DNA of 64,000 nt from Candidatus Entotheonellaceae bacterium (lineage in GTDB: Bacteria; Tectomicrobia; Entotheonellia; Entotheonellales; Entotheonellaceae): contig OZ250173.1 of NCBI GenBank assembly GCA_965238075.1, positions 928,001-992,000 on the forward strand, in the 5' to 3' direction. This document shows positions 1-10,388 of this stretch, piece by piece. Position 1 is the stretch's first letter. Every line of letters starts with the position of its first letter. The position numbers and the translations under genes were made by a program. The notes beneath the pieces were generated by a model. That model did not search any database and was not told the origin of the DNA. It worked only from the letters and a program-made list of their open reading frames with translations.

Positions 1-1
1 C

Positions 2-667
2 GCACGCGAGGCCGATCTGTTCATCATTTTTGCCAACGTCGACCCTACCTTGGGCCACAAGGGCATCACCGCCTTTCTAGTCGAGCGCGACACCCCTGGG
101 CTTCAGGTCGGCAAGAGTGAGAAGAAACTCGGCATCCGTGCCAGCAGTACGTGCGAGTTGCTCTTAGAGAACTGCGCCGTGCCTGCGGCAAACGTCCTGG
201 GGAAGGTCGGCGAAGGCTACAAGGTGGCCATCGAAACCCTCAACGAAGGGCGCATCGGCATCGGCGCCCAGATGGTCGGTGTCGCCGCAGGCGCCCTGCA
301 GGCTGCCATCGGCTACGCCAAGACGCGCCAGCAGTTCGGCAAGCCCATCAGTTCCTTTCAAGCCATGCAGTTTCAACTGGCCGAAATGGCAACCGAGATC
401 GAAGCCGGCCGGCTCATGGTGTACAACGCCGCGCGATTGAAGGACGCCGGCGAACCCTTCCTGACGGAGGCGGCGATGACCAAGTACTTTACCGCCCAGG
501 TCGCCGAGCGGGTCACCTCGAAAGCCCTGGAGGTGTTCGGCGGCATCGGCTACACCAAGGAGGCACCGGTCGAAAAGTTCTTCCGCGATGCCAAGATCGG
601 CAAAATTTACGAAGGCACCTCGTTCATCCAACTCCAAACCATCGCCAAGCAACTGCTCACCGATTAG
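2..667 (+). CDS. Acyl-CoA dehydrogenase (5' end outside window)
   Basis: Frame open from position 2; motifs [31 protein letters not shown]. Confidence 0.95.
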   Translation, partial: AREADLFIIFANVDPTLGHKGITAFLVERDTPGLQVGKSEKKLGIRASSTCELLLENCAVPAANVLGKVGEGYKVAIETLNEGRIGIGAQMVGVAAGALQAAIGYAKTRQQFGKPISSFQAMQFQLAEMATEIEAGRLMVYNAARLKDAGEPFLTEAAMTKYFTAQVAERVTSKALEVFGGIGYTKEAPVEKFFRDAKIGKIYEGTSFIQLQTIAKQLLTD

Positions 668-696
668 GGCCGGCCCCTCGCACAACGGAGCGTCCC

Positions 697-1875
697 ATGG
701 TCTTTCCCGACGAAGCCGCGTTTCAGGCATACCTGCAAGACGTCAAAACGTTCCTGTGGCAGGAGATCGACCCCCTGGTGCCGCAGATCGAACGCGATGA
801 ACTGATCCCTTTCGAGCAATTGCGCCCGAAATTCCGCGACCACCATCTCTTCGACTGCCTAGTGCCCGAAGCCCACGGCGGCCTGGGCCTCAGCACCGTG
901 CAGTATGCCGCCGTGCTCAAGGAACTGGCCAAGATACACGGCGGCATTCGGGCCATGCTGCACGTGCACAACAGCAGCGTGCACCTGATCGAAACCGGCC
1001 GCCCAGAGCAGCAAGCGCGCTACCTGCCGGCCATGGCGACCGGTGATCTGCTGGTCTGCTTTGGCCTCACCGAGCCGGACAGCGGCTCCGGCCTGGACAG
1101 CAATTGCACGGCTGTGCGTAAAGGTGACGCCTACATTCTGAACGGCCGCAAGCACTTGATCACCAACGCGCGCGAGGCCGATCTGTTCGCCATTTTCTGC
1201 TTCACCAGTAATCCGGCCCAAAGCCCTGAGCGGCAGTTCAGCGTACTCTTGGTCGAGCGCGGCATGCCCGGCTTCACAATCACGTCCATGGCTCACACCA
1301 TGGGTTGCTCCGGTGCCTCGCACGATCTGCTGACCTTTGAGGACGTGGCCGTGCCTGTCGAGAACGTCCTCGGCCAAGAGGGCATGGGACCCGAGCAGTT
1401 GCTAGCCTTTCTCGAGGTCAGTCGCATTTTCATCGCCGTCGCAGCCCTCGGCACCGCCGAGCGCTCGCTGGAACTCTCGCTGGCGTGGGCCAAGCAGCGC
1501 GTCACCTTCGGCAAGCCCATCGCCAGCCGCCAAGCCGTGCAGGGCTATCTGGCCGAAATGGCCACGGACATCTACGCCCTGCGCCACATGATCCTCGACG
1601 CCTTGCGCAAGTACGACGCCGGCCAACGCATTGCCGCCGAGTCATCCATGTGCAAGCTCTTCGGCCTGGAAGCGGTCGGACGGGTCACCGACAAAGCCCT
1701 CCTGGTGCACGGCGGACTGGGTTACCTGAAGTCCAGCCGTATCGAGATGCTCTACCGCGATGCGCGTCTGAATTGGCTTGAGGAGGGCACCCCGACCATC
1801 CACAAACTGATCATTGCCAGGGCGCTGCTGCAAGAGGGGTTCGAAACGGTCGGGCGAGATGGGGAATTGATCTGA
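697..1875 (+). CDS. Acyl-CoA dehydrogenase
   Basis: ATG 697 after GGAG; LTEPDSGS, LNGRKHLITN, RVTFGKPIASRQ, HGGLGY, EEGT. Confidence 0.92.
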   Translation: MVFPDEAAFQAYLQDVKTFLWQEIDPLVPQIERDELIPFEQLRPKFRDHHLFDCLVPEAHGGLGLSTVQYAAVLKELAKIHGGIRAMLHVHNSSVHLIETGRPEQQARYLPAMATGDLLVCFGLTEPDSGSGLDSNCTAVRKGDAYILNGRKHLITNAREADLFAIFCFTSNPAQSPERQFSVLLVERGMPGFTITSMAHTMGCSGASHDLLTFEDVAVPVENVLGQEGMGPEQLLAFLEVSRIFIAVAALGTAERSLELSLAWAKQRVTFGKPIASRQAVQGYLAEMATDIYALRHMILDALRKYDAGQRIAAESSMCKLFGLEAVGRVTDKALLVHGGLGYLKSSRIEMLYRDARLNWLEEGTPTIHKLIIARALLQEGFETVGRDGELI

Positions 1876-1896
1876 AGGTCGGCCCAGCGGTGGCTA

Positions 1897-2139
1897 TCAG
1901 GCTTGCGGCTCGCCGGACCGGCGGTGTGAAAAGCCCCGTATCAGGTGCACAAGGGCGAACAGGAAGGGGATTCCAAGAAGTGCCAGCATGATCAGGACTT
2001 CCGGGTTTGCAAGTACCCGGAACCCGTGTTCCAACAGGCGATTGTTGCGGATGAACAGCACGAAACCACCGCCCAGAAACAGGCACAGCAACACCCTGAA
2101 GATCACGCTCCAATCGAACGGTGTCCTGGCGTCAGCCAT
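1897..2139 (-). CDS. Small hypothetical membrane protein (80 aa, two hydrophobic segments)
   Basis: ATG start, follows the 2169-3341 gene in the same direction, two TM-like stretches. Confidence 0.6.
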   Translation of the reverse strand: MADARTPFDWSVIFRVLLCLFLGGGFVLFIRNNRLLEHGFRVLANPEVLIMLALLGIPFLFALVHLIRGFSHRRSGEPQA

Positions 2140-2168
2140 GTCCTGCCCTGCCCCTTTCCAATGCCGAC

Positions 2169-3341
2169 CTACCCCTTGGGCAGACCCAGCACCCGCTCCC
2201 CGATGATGTTCTTTTGGATTTCCGACGTCCCCGAGTAGATGGTCCCCGCCCGGCTACGCAGGAAATTGTATTGCCAGTTGCCCTTGACGGCGTGCTCGGA
2301 GCCTTCCATGAGCTGCGAATAAGGCCCCTGAAGCGACATGCCGAGTTCCTGCATCCACTTGTCCAATTCACTCCAGTACAGCTTGTCCAACGACGCTTCC
2401 GGGCCGGGCGGCTGCCCCCGCAGGCGGCTCGTGATACCGCGGTACAGGTTGAGCAACATGAGCTCAACGCGGATGTGCGCCTGCGCCAAGTCCTGCCGTA
2501 ACACCGGATCCTCCGACAAGGTGCCGCCGTTGCGCCGGGTCTTGCTGGCGTAGCCGATCATGGCGCCGAGTTGTTGCTTGATGCGCACCTGCGTGGCCAG
2601 CGACGATATGCCGCGCTCGTAAGTCAGGGTGGTCATGGCGATGCGCCAGCCCTCGTTCATCTCGCCGATCAGGTTTTGCTTCGGCACCCGCACGTTGTCG
2701 AAAAAGGTCTCGTTGAACTCGGAATTGCCGGTAATCTGTTTCAGGGGACGCACGGTAACGCCGGGGCTGTGCATATCGACCAGCAGGTAGGAAATGCCGC
2801 GGTGTTTGGGGGCGTCGGTGTCGGTGCGCACCAACAGAATGCACCAGTCGGCATATTGCCCCAGGCTGGTCCAGATTTTCTGGCCGTTGACCACGAAGTC
2901 GTCCCCGTCCAGCACGGCCTTGGTCTGCAGCGACGCCAAGTCCGAGCCGGAATTGGGTTCCGAGAAGCCCTGGCACCAGATTTCGTCGGCGTTGAGAATT
3001 TTGGGGATGAAGCGCCGCTTCTGGGTCTCGGTGCCGTGCTCCATGAGGGTGGGACCGACGATGCCGATGCCCAGCCCATTGGCGGGCTGCGGGGCGCGGG
3101 CGCGGGTCATCTCCTGCGCATAGATGGCCTGCTGAAGCAGCGTGGCGCCTTGGCCGCCGTACGCCCTTGGCCAATTGATGCCGACCCAGCCGCCGTCGTA
3201 GAGCTTGCGCTGCCACGCACGCCGGAAGGCGAAATCGGCGTCCTGATCTGAGGGCGCCGCCTCCGTCGGTATGTTCGCCTCAAGCCAGGTTCGGAACTTC
3301 AGTCGGTACTGCTCGTCTTCAGGAGAAAAGCGCAGGTCCAT
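2169..3341 (-). CDS. Acyl-CoA dehydrogenase (FadE-like, WCQGFSEP subgroup)
   Basis: MDLRFSPED start after GGAG; WCQGFSEPNSGSDLASL, NGQKIWTS, TIYSGTSEIQKNIIGER. Confidence 0.95.
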   Translation of the reverse strand: MDLRFSPEDEQYRLKFRTWLEANIPTEAAPSDQDADFAFRRAWQRKLYDGGWVGINWPRAYGGQGATLLQQAIYAQEMTRARAPQPANGLGIGIVGPTLMEHGTETQKRRFIPKILNADEIWCQGFSEPNSGSDLASLQTKAVLDGDDFVVNGQKIWTSLGQYADWCILLVRTDTDAPKHRGISYLLVDMHSPGVTVRPLKQITGNSEFNETFFDNVRVPKQNLIGEMNEGWRIAMTTLTYERGISSLATQVRIKQQLGAMIGYASKTRRNGGTLSEDPVLRQDLAQAHIRVELMLLNLYRGITSRLRGQPPGPEASLDKLYWSELDKWMQELGMSLQGPYSQLMEGSEHAVKGNWQYNFLRSRAGTIYSGTSEIQKNIIGERVLGLPKG

Positions 3342-3481
3342 AGGAGGGCTCCACCACCTGGAAATAGGGCGCCAAACCGTTCGCGGCCACACATGATTCG
3401 AGCCGCACACCGTAGCACCCTTCATGACTCTGCGCAAACGGCGCGGTGAGTCGGGACGAGGACATAAGCCCCGATGCGCGC

Positions 3482-3510
3482 TTGACTACCGGCAATCGTT
3501 CGGTTAAACA
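3482..3510 (+). promoter_or_regulatory. Possible sigma-70 promoter for the thiolase-like gene
   Basis: TTGACT-N17-TAAACA, 36 bp upstream of ATG 3547. Confidence 0.35.
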
Positions 3511-3546
3511 GACCCCATTCCAAACCACTGATATGGGGATCATTAA

Positions 3547-5187
3547 ATGAGTGGGTTGCATGCCTTCCAAGCCCGTGGCGTGTATGTCGCGTCGTCGTAC
3601 ATGAGCCGCGTGGGGAAATACAACGGGCGTCATCTGCAAAATCGGACGTTCGTTGAGCTTGCCGAACAGGTGAGCGAGATATTCGACGACAGCCCAATGC
3701 GCCGCGAGGAAATCGAGGCGGTGGTGGTGGGCAGTCAGAATCCTTTCGCGTTCAACAACATGGATAACGTGGCGGCCAAGATTTCAGGCCTGCTGGGAAT
3801 CAGCGGCGCCAAGTCGGTGCTGATCGACACCGCTTCGAGCTCCGGTGCGAGCGCCTTTGAAAACGCCTACCTGGAGGTGGCGTCGGGGCGCTACGATCAC
3901 GTGTTAGCGCTGGGTATCCAAAAAATGACCGACGTGAGCACAGCGGACGCCACGCGGATCATCGCCGGGGTGATCGACCGCGAGGAAGCGGAATACGGTC
4001 TCACCATGCCGGCCTGCGGCGCCCTAGTGGCGAAGAGTCTCATGCACGAGCTGAAACTCAGTGAGGAAGACTGGATGGGACTGGCCGCGCAATGGGCCGA
4101 GCGCGCGCACCGTTTCGCCACCGGGCGCGAGGAGACGCACCTCAACTTTCCCCTGCCGGTGGAAACCTACATGGACGACAGCCACAACGGGCGCAACTGG
4201 GTGTATTACGACCCGCTGCGGCTGTACGACTGCTGCCCCATGTCGGACGCCGTGGCGGCGTGCATCCTGACCGCCGAGCCGCAGCCGGTTCAGGTGGTCG
4301 GCGTCGGCTCGGCCACCGACCTGCCCACCATTGCCGACCGCGGGCGCTTTGACAGCTTCCCGGCCACCGTCATGGCCTCGCGCTACGCCTACGGCATGGC
4401 CGGGATACTCGACATCCGCGACTTAGCGGGCGAGCTGTACGTCAACATGCACGACCCGTTCAGCAGCTTCGGACCGGTCAACCTCGTGGACTTGGGATTG
4501 ATCGACCGCGACGCCTGCCTGACGGCCCTGTTGGACGAGGACATCACCGGCCCGCAAGGACGCTTTCCGACCAACCTGAGCGGCGGCCTGTTGGCGCGCG
4601 GACATCCGCTTGGTGCCACCGGCATGGTGCAGGTGGTGGAGAACCATCAGATGCTGATGGACACGCCGGCCTATCAGATGGCGCTGTCCCACTCGATCGG
4701 CGGGCCGATCAACAACAACGTCGTGACCCTGCTGGAAAAGACGGAGCATTACCAGAATGCCCAGCGCGCGCCGTTCAAGCCGACCTCACTGCCATTGCTG
4801 GCAGCGCCGAAGCCGAGAGGCATGTCCCTGGAGACGCTGTTCGCCGAGGGCGAGCGCGTCAAGGGGCGATTTCACTGCGCGACGACGCACTTCAGCCCAG
4901 AGGGCGAGCCCCTCAACAGTATCGTGCTGTTGCAGGCGGTCATCGGACGCCAACGGCACGAATTCCTGATCGGCACCGGCCCGGACGAATACGAAACCAT
5001 CCGCCGCATGCACCCCGGGCAGGAAATCCGTCTCGCCAGAAACGGCGAGGGTCTCGAGGGTCTGACGATCGACGAGGTACCGGTGCAGCGCCTGTACCGG
5101 AAAACGATGGAGGGAATTGTGGAGATCGCCGACTCGGCATGGCACCTGCTGGTCAGGCGCAGGAGCGGCGCGCTGGTCGAAAACTGA
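3547..5187 (+). CDS. Thiolase-superfamily (SCP2/Ltp-type) protein with C-terminal extension
   Basis: PLRLYDCCPMSDAVAA, HDPF, NLSGGLLARGHPLGATG; nucleophile loop reads DTASSSG. Confidence 0.85.
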   Translation: MSGLHAFQARGVYVASSYMSRVGKYNGRHLQNRTFVELAEQVSEIFDDSPMRREEIEAVVVGSQNPFAFNNMDNVAAKISGLLGISGAKSVLIDTASSSGASAFENAYLEVASGRYDHVLALGIQKMTDVSTADATRIIAGVIDREEAEYGLTMPACGALVAKSLMHELKLSEEDWMGLAAQWAERAHRFATGREETHLNFPLPVETYMDDSHNGRNWVYYDPLRLYDCCPMSDAVAACILTAEPQPVQVVGVGSATDLPTIADRGRFDSFPATVMASRYAYGMAGILDIRDLAGELYVNMHDPFSSFGPVNLVDLGLIDRDACLTALLDEDITGPQGRFPTNLSGGLLARGHPLGATGMVQVVENHQMLMDTPAYQMALSHSIGGPINNNVVTLLEKTEHYQNAQRAPFKPTSLPLLAAPKPRGMSLETLFAEGERVKGRFHCATTHFSPEGEPLNSIVLLQAVIGRQRHEFLIGTGPDEYETIRRMHPGQEIRLARNGEGLEGLTIDEVPVQRLYRKTMEGIVEIADSAWHLLVRRRSGALVEN

Positions 5188-5238
5188 TTCGCGGTGGAAT
5201 GTCGGCGCTTCGCTAATCCGACCTACTGACTCCGCCGG

Positions 5239-5982
5239 CTAACGGCCAATCGCCAAGCGCTCCGCCAGCAACGGCGGCAGCATGGCATCGTAAATTTTCT
5301 CTTGCGCCGCGGGGATGTCGTAGGGAACGCGGCGAAACTCGATCGTGACTGCTTCCTCGTCCAGAATCGCGTACGCCGCCAGGGGGTTACCGCTGCGCGG
5401 CTGGCCGACGCTGCCCGGATTCACGATGTGCCGGCACGCCGGGTCCAGCCTAACGGTTCGCGACTCGGCCCTCACCTGAACCACCCGCCCCTCGGAACTG
5501 CACGCCCAGATCATCGGCAAATGCGTGTGACCGACGAAGCAGCCGCGCATGTCGGGTCGAAGCCGTCGCAGGCTGTCAAAGGCCATTTCGAAGCCCGGCG
5601 CGTCAAAAAGGTATTCGTCCGTGTCGCGCGGCGAGCCGTGTGCCGCCAGCCAGCCGTTGCCAAACGGTGCCGTGCCGGGCAGGATCCTCAGATATCCCAC
5701 TTCCGCGGCGCTGAGTTGCTGCCGCGTCCAGTCCATCGCTTCCCGCGCCCAATCGTTGAAGTCGTCGTAGCGCCGCGCGCCGCACGCCGCCTGGTCGTGG
5801 TTGCCCGAAATGACGACGGCACAGGTTTCCCGGACGATGCGCAGGCATTCGTGCGGGTTGGCGTTGTACCCGACGATGTCGCCAAGGCAGACGACGGCGT
5901 CGACTTTGGGCGATGCGTCATCCAGCACCGCCTGCAGGGCTTCGAGATTGGCATGCAGGTCGGAGATAATCGCGTATTTCAC
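5239..5982 (-). CDS. Calcineurin-like metallophosphoesterase
   Basis: SDLHAN, LGDIVGY, GNHD, HGSP, GHTH, NPGSVGQPR; GTG start overlaps upstream TGA (GTGA). Confidence 0.92.
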   Translation of the reverse strand: MKYAIISDLHANLEALQAVLDDASPKVDAVVCLGDIVGYNANPHECLRIVRETCAVVISGNHDQAACGARRYDDFNDWAREAMDWTRQQLSAAEVGYLRILPGTAPFGNGWLAAHGSPRDTDEYLFDAPGFEMAFDSLRRLRPDMRGCFVGHTHLPMIWACSSEGRVVQVRAESRTVRLDPACRHIVNPGSVGQPRSGNPLAAYAILDEEAVTIEFRRVPYDIPAAQEKIYDAMLPPLLAERLAIGR

Positions 5983-7691
5983 GGCGTCACCTCTTCGAGT
6001 TCGCTCAGTTTCGGCGTTGGGGGGAGCCCTGGCGCGACTTCCAGTGTCCGAAAGTTGTTCACCTGCACCTGACCGGGCCTCGCGCCGCGAAACTTGCGTA
6101 CGTGCTTGACGGCTGTGTACACCACTTCCACGGCTGCGGCGTCCTTGCCCTTGCTGTAGTAAGCCGCCAGAGCAGCCGCGGCGCGCAGGGCTTCGTCGGG
6201 CACCGCCGCATCGCTCGGCACCTTGAGCACCACGTGCGCCCCAGCGTGCCCGTGGGCGTGGAACCACAGGTCATCGGGCGCCGCGACCTGGCGCACCAGC
6301 GCCTCATTGCCGTGGTTACTTTTGCCGCAGTAGAGGGTATAGCCGCCGGGAAGCGCAAACGTTCGATAGGGCGGCGCCGCGGCAGGACGAGGACGAATCG
6401 AATGCCGCGCCGGACCCGCTTGCCGATTGTCGCCGAGTTCCGCCTCGATCTCCTCCAGGGTGGGCCAGTCCTCGGCCGTCGCCGCTTGGTGGGACAGCCC
6501 TTCGAGGTACCGCTCCTCCGCCGCGCATTCCTGCAACAGCGTTTCGATCTTGCTCAGGCCGGTCTTGGTTTTACGGTATTTCTTGAAATACACCTGCGCG
6601 TTTTCGTTGATCGACAAACGGGGGTCGAGCGGGATGCCAACGGTTTCCTGCTGCGGGCTGTAGTAATCGGTCACCGTGGCGCACGTCGATCCGCGCGGCA
6701 GTCGCTGGGTAAGGAGCAGTGTCCCGTAGCGCTGGTACGGCTCATAACCTTTCAGCTTCTGCCGGTCTCGGTTGAGATGATCGACTTTCCTGACGAGCTT
6801 TTGCAACCGTCGGCGCAGCGTCTTGCGCACGCCGGCACGGACCGGTTCCAGAGCGGTGGACACCAGGGCCGGCTGGGATATGGCCGCCATAGCCGCCTGA
6901 GCGTCGGCCAGCGGCTCGGCGCGATACCCGTCGTGGCTCAACGGCAGGACGCTGACGTGCTGCCGGCCGGCCGGTGTCGTGCAGCGGAACAACGACAACG
7001 TCTGGTTGTCGTAGTCCCGCCGCAACGCGTCCAATTGTTCCCAACACGCCCGGGTATCGTCCGGGTAACGATGCACCAACTCGGTGGCCAGTAAGGGCGA
7101 CAGGCCAACGACGAGTCGATTCAGGCTCGCGGCATTCCACGCCTCCCGCGCCTGCAACAGCTCAAGATGGTCGACCGTCAGGTCGGACAGCAATACGCGT
7201 TGCGGTGGCACGGCGCGTGGAGCATAGGGGACTCCCGGCAGCACGGGGCGGCTCTGTGCCGTCGATGCCGGCATATGCTTGAGCGCGTCGATTATCACCC
7301 CCGCCGCGTCCACCAACAGGATGTTGGCCTGTGAGCCCTGCAACTCGTGAATCAGCCGCAACGACGGTGCCGCCTCGTCGGCTTGCTGCCAGGCGAGCGT
7401 GACCACTCGCTCGTAGGGCTGCACGGCCACCGACCGCAGCCGCGCACGCCGCAGACGGGCGCGCAGCAAGGCGGCAAAACGCGGCGGCCGCGGCGGTGCC
7501 TCGAACCGATCCGTGATGAGGTGCAGGCGCTGCCACGTGGGATGAATGGAGAGCAGGAGCCGCTGGTCACGGTGGCGCCACAATCGCAACAGGAGGTCAT
7601 CAGGACTGAGCTGAAACACCTTCGACACCCGCGAACCAGGCAGGCAGCGCGCCAGTTCATCCACAAAGGCTTTCAGCACAAAGATATCCAT
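5979..7691 (-). CDS. rqcH: NFACT-family ribosome quality control protein RqcH (Rqc2/FbpA)
   Basis: N-terminal NFACT-N (ELQGSQANILL), IPLDPRLSINENAQVYFKKYRK, NFACT-R DLWFHAHGHAGAHVVL..AAALAAYYSK. Confidence 0.9.
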   Translation of the reverse strand: MDIFVLKAFVDELARCLPGSRVSKVFQLSPDDLLLRLWRHRDQRLLLSIHPTWQRLHLITDRFEAPPRPPRFAALLRARLRRARLRSVAVQPYERVVTLAWQQADEAAPSLRLIHELQGSQANILLVDAAGVIIDALKHMPASTAQSRPVLPGVPYAPRAVPPQRVLLSDLTVDHLELLQAREAWNAASLNRLVVGLSPLLATELVHRYPDDTRACWEQLDALRRDYDNQTLSLFRCTTPAGRQHVSVLPLSHDGYRAEPLADAQAAMAAISQPALVSTALEPVRAGVRKTLRRRLQKLVRKVDHLNRDRQKLKGYEPYQRYGTLLLTQRLPRGSTCATVTDYYSPQQETVGIPLDPRLSINENAQVYFKKYRKTKTGLSKIETLLQECAAEERYLEGLSHQAATAEDWPTLEEIEAELGDNRQAGPARHSIRPRPAAAPPYRTFALPGGYTLYCGKSNHGNEALVRQVAAPDDLWFHAHGHAGAHVVLKVPSDAAVPDEALRAAAALAAYYSKGKDAAAVEVVYTAVKHVRKFRGARPGQVQVNNFRTLEVAPGLPPTPKLSELEEVTP

Positions 7692-7906
7692 AATTTTCCA
7701 CCACTCGCTTGGAAGAAACCGAGAAGGTCCGCAAGTATACCACTACGCCTTTCACCCGGCGGCGAGGCGGCTCCTCCGACCGCAGGTCACAGATTGAAAA
7801 ACACGTTACAATCCTGCTTTGAAGCTGCTACCTTACTAGCGCAGGGACACCCCTCACGGGAGCCTCAATCCCAAAGTTGTCAAGAATTCGGAGAAGGAAA
7901 CCAGCC

Positions 7907-8146
7907 ATGTTTTGGAACAAAATGCCCCGCACGTTTTGGAGCTACACGGCGGGGAAAGGGGACGCCGCCGCCGAACAGCGCGAGGTGACGCGCGACCGCG
8001 TGCTGCGCATGATGGCGCGAAATCTTCCCGGCCTGGCGGCCTTGGGTTTTGTCATGCTTCTGACCTTGTTGATGCTGGCCATGATGCTTGCCGAATTCCG
8101 CGGCTTCTACCTGGACCAGATCACCGAAATCCTGCGGCCGGGCTAA
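7907..8146 (+). CDS. Small hypothetical membrane protein (79 aa)
   Basis: ATG after GGAGAAGG; one hydrophobic helix. Confidence 0.55.
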   Translation: MFWNKMPRTFWSYTAGKGDAAAEQREVTRDRVLRMMARNLPGLAALGFVMLLTLLMLAMMLAEFRGFYLDQITEILRPG

Positions 8147-8183
8147 ATGCGAAAAGCACGAGCCGGCCATGAATTCCGCTTAA

Positions 8184-8213
8184 CTTGACAATAAGCGACT
8201 CAAGAAATATATT
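8184..8213 (+). promoter_or_regulatory. dnaK sigma-70 promoter overlapped by HAIR-like (HspR) operator
   Basis: TTGACA(8185-8190)-N17-TATATT(8208-8213); CTTGACA-N7-ACTCAAG (8184-8204) matches CTTGAGT-N7-ACTCAAG at 12 of 14. Confidence 0.8.
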
Positions 8214-8341
8214 TCACTGATCCGCATGATTGGCGATCCATTCCGCTTTTTTCAGACACGCCGAACGAACCGGCATTGAACCTCACAGAACCGTATGGGC
8301 GTCTATCTGCACGATAAACCCTGGCAGGAGGACAAGACGTA

Positions 8342-10246
8342 ATGGGCAAGATCATCGGAATCGACTTAGGAACTACCAATTCGGTCGTGGCGGTGATGGA
8401 AGGCAGTGAACCGACCGTTATCGCCAATCGCGAGGGCAACCGTCTCACCCCGTCCGTGGTGGCCTTCACCAAGGACGGCGAACGCCTCGTGGGGCAGATC
8501 GCCCGCCGCCAGGCAGTGACCAATCCCGAGAAAACGGTCTACTCGATCAAACGCTTCATGGGACGCCGCTTCAACGAAGTCACCGAAGAAAGCGGCATGG
8601 TGCCCTATAAGGTGCAGGCAACCAGCAACGGCGACGCCCGCGTCAAGATTGACGACAAAGAATTCGCGCCGCCGGAGATTTCGGCCATGGTGCTGCAAAA
8701 ACTCAAGGAAGCCGCCGAAGATTACCTGGGCGAGAAGGTCACCGAGGCCGTCATCACCACCCCCGCTTATTTCAACGACAGCCAGCGGCAGGCCACCAAG
8801 GACGCCGGCCAGATCGCCGGGCTGGACGTGAAGCGCATCATCAACGAACCCACCGCCGCAGCCCTGGCCTATGGCCTCGACAAGAAAACCGACGAAACCA
8901 TCGCCGTCTACGACTTCGGCGGCGGCACCTTCGACATCTCCATCCTGGACGTCGGCGACAACGTCGTGGAGGTGAAAGCCACTAACGGCGACACCCATCT
9001 TGGCGGCGACAACTTCGACCAGCGCATCATTGATTGGCTGGTGGACGAATTCAAGCGCGACCAGGGCATCGACCTGAGCGGCGACCCCATGGGCATGCAA
9101 CGCCTGAAGGAAGCTGCCGAAAAGGCCAAGTGCGAACTGTCTTCCGTGGCCGAAACCGAGATCAACCTGCCCTTCATCACCGCCGACGCCAGCGGCCCGA
9201 AGCACCTCCTCACCAAGCTCAGCCGGGCCAAATTCGAGCAGATGATCGAGGCCCTCGTCGAGCGCAGCATCACGCCGTGCAAGCAGGCGCTGAAGGACGC
9301 CAACTTGTCGCCCAGCAATATCGACGAGGTGGTGTTGGTCGGTGGTTCCACCCGCATGCCGCTAGTGCAGCAAGCGGTGGAGCGCCTTTTTGGCAAGGCC
9401 CCGAACAAGACCGTTAACCCGGACGAGGTGGTGGCGGTCGGCGCCGCGGTGCAGGGCGGCGTGCTGGCGGGCGACGTGAAAGACGTCCTGCTGCTGGACG
9501 TGACGCCGTTGTCCCTCGGCATCGAAACCCTCGGCGGCGTCATGACCAAGCTGATCGAACGCAACACCACCATTCCCAAGCGCGAAAGCCAGACGTTCTC
9601 CACCGCCGCGGACAATCAGCCGAGCGTCGAGATTCACGTCCTGCAGGGTGAGCGCGAAATGGCGCAGGGCAACCGTACCCTGGGCCGCTTCCACCTCGAA
9701 GGCATCCCGGCCGCGCCGCGCGGCGTGCCGCAGGTCGAGGTGACCTTTGACATCGATGCCAACGGCATCGTCAGCGTCAAGGCCAAGGACCTCGGCACCG
9801 GCAAGGAGCAGGAAATCACCATCACCGGTTCCGGCGGGCTGGGCAAGGACGAAGTGAACAACATGGTGAGCGACGCCGAGGCGCACGCCCAGGAGGACGC
9901 CGAGCGGCGCAAGGCGGTCGAGGCCAGAAACCAGCTCGACTCGCTGATCTATCAGACCGAGAAGACCATCAAGGATCACGGCGAAAACCTGTCATCCGAG
10001 GACAAGACCGCCCTGGAAAGCGCCCTGGAGGAAGGCCGCGAAGCGTTGAAGGGCGACGACGTGGCCGCCATGGATAAGGCCCGCGACCGCATCACGGAAA
10101 ATTCGCACAAGCTCGCCGAGGCGATGTACAAACAGGCCGCTGCCCAGAATCCCGATGGGGATGGCGCCGGACAGCCGTCCGGTTCGGCCAAGGCCAGGAA
10201 GGACGACGGCGAGGTTGTCGACGCGGAATTCGAGGACGTCAATTAA
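8342..10246 (+). CDS. dnaK: Molecular chaperone DnaK
   Basis: [36 protein letters not shown] tail; RBS GGAGG. Confidence 0.99.
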   Translation: MGKIIGIDLGTTNSVVAVMEGSEPTVIANREGNRLTPSVVAFTKDGERLVGQIARRQAVTNPEKTVYSIKRFMGRRFNEVTEESGMVPYKVQATSNGDARVKIDDKEFAPPEISAMVLQKLKEAAEDYLGEKVTEAVITTPAYFNDSQRQATKDAGQIAGLDVKRIINEPTAAALAYGLDKKTDETIAVYDFGGGTFDISILDVGDNVVEVKATNGDTHLGGDNFDQRIIDWLVDEFKRDQGIDLSGDPMGMQRLKEAAEKAKCELSSVAETEINLPFITADASGPKHLLTKLSRAKFEQMIEALVERSITPCKQALKDANLSPSNIDEVVLVGGSTRMPLVQQAVERLFGKAPNKTVNPDEVVAVGAAVQGGVLAGDVKDVLLLDVTPLSLGIETLGGVMTKLIERNTTIPKRESQTFSTAADNQPSVEIHVLQGEREMAQGNRTLGRFHLEGIPAAPRGVPQVEVTFDIDANGIVSVKAKDLGTGKEQEITITGSGGLGKDEVNNMVSDAEAHAQEDAERRKAVEARNQLDSLIYQTEKTIKDHGENLSSEDKTALESALEEGREALKGDDVAAMDKARDRITENSHKLAEAMYKQAAAQNPDGDGAGQPSGSAKARKDDGEVVDAEFEDVN

Positions 10247-10263
10247 AGAAGGTCTGACAAATT

Positions 10264-10292
10264 GCCATCCGGGCTTGACCCGGAATCCAGCG
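10264..10292. repeat. REP-like palindrome (short copy of the family at 18414 and 48576/48619)
   Basis: TCCGGG-cttga-CCCGGA followed by ATCCAGCG. Confidence 0.7.
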
Positions 10293-10388
10293 GTCCCGGA
10301 CGGTATGCGGGGCCGGCCGTTGGCCGAGAATCACCGGACCTAATCAGGCACTCCGCAAGTCCCGTGTGTTGTCAAGAAGGGTGAGTTG

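Noticed and set aside
151-696. N-terminal extension of the second acyl-CoA dehydrogenase
   Set aside because: It overlaps the first dehydrogenase in another frame; the RBS-supported start is 697
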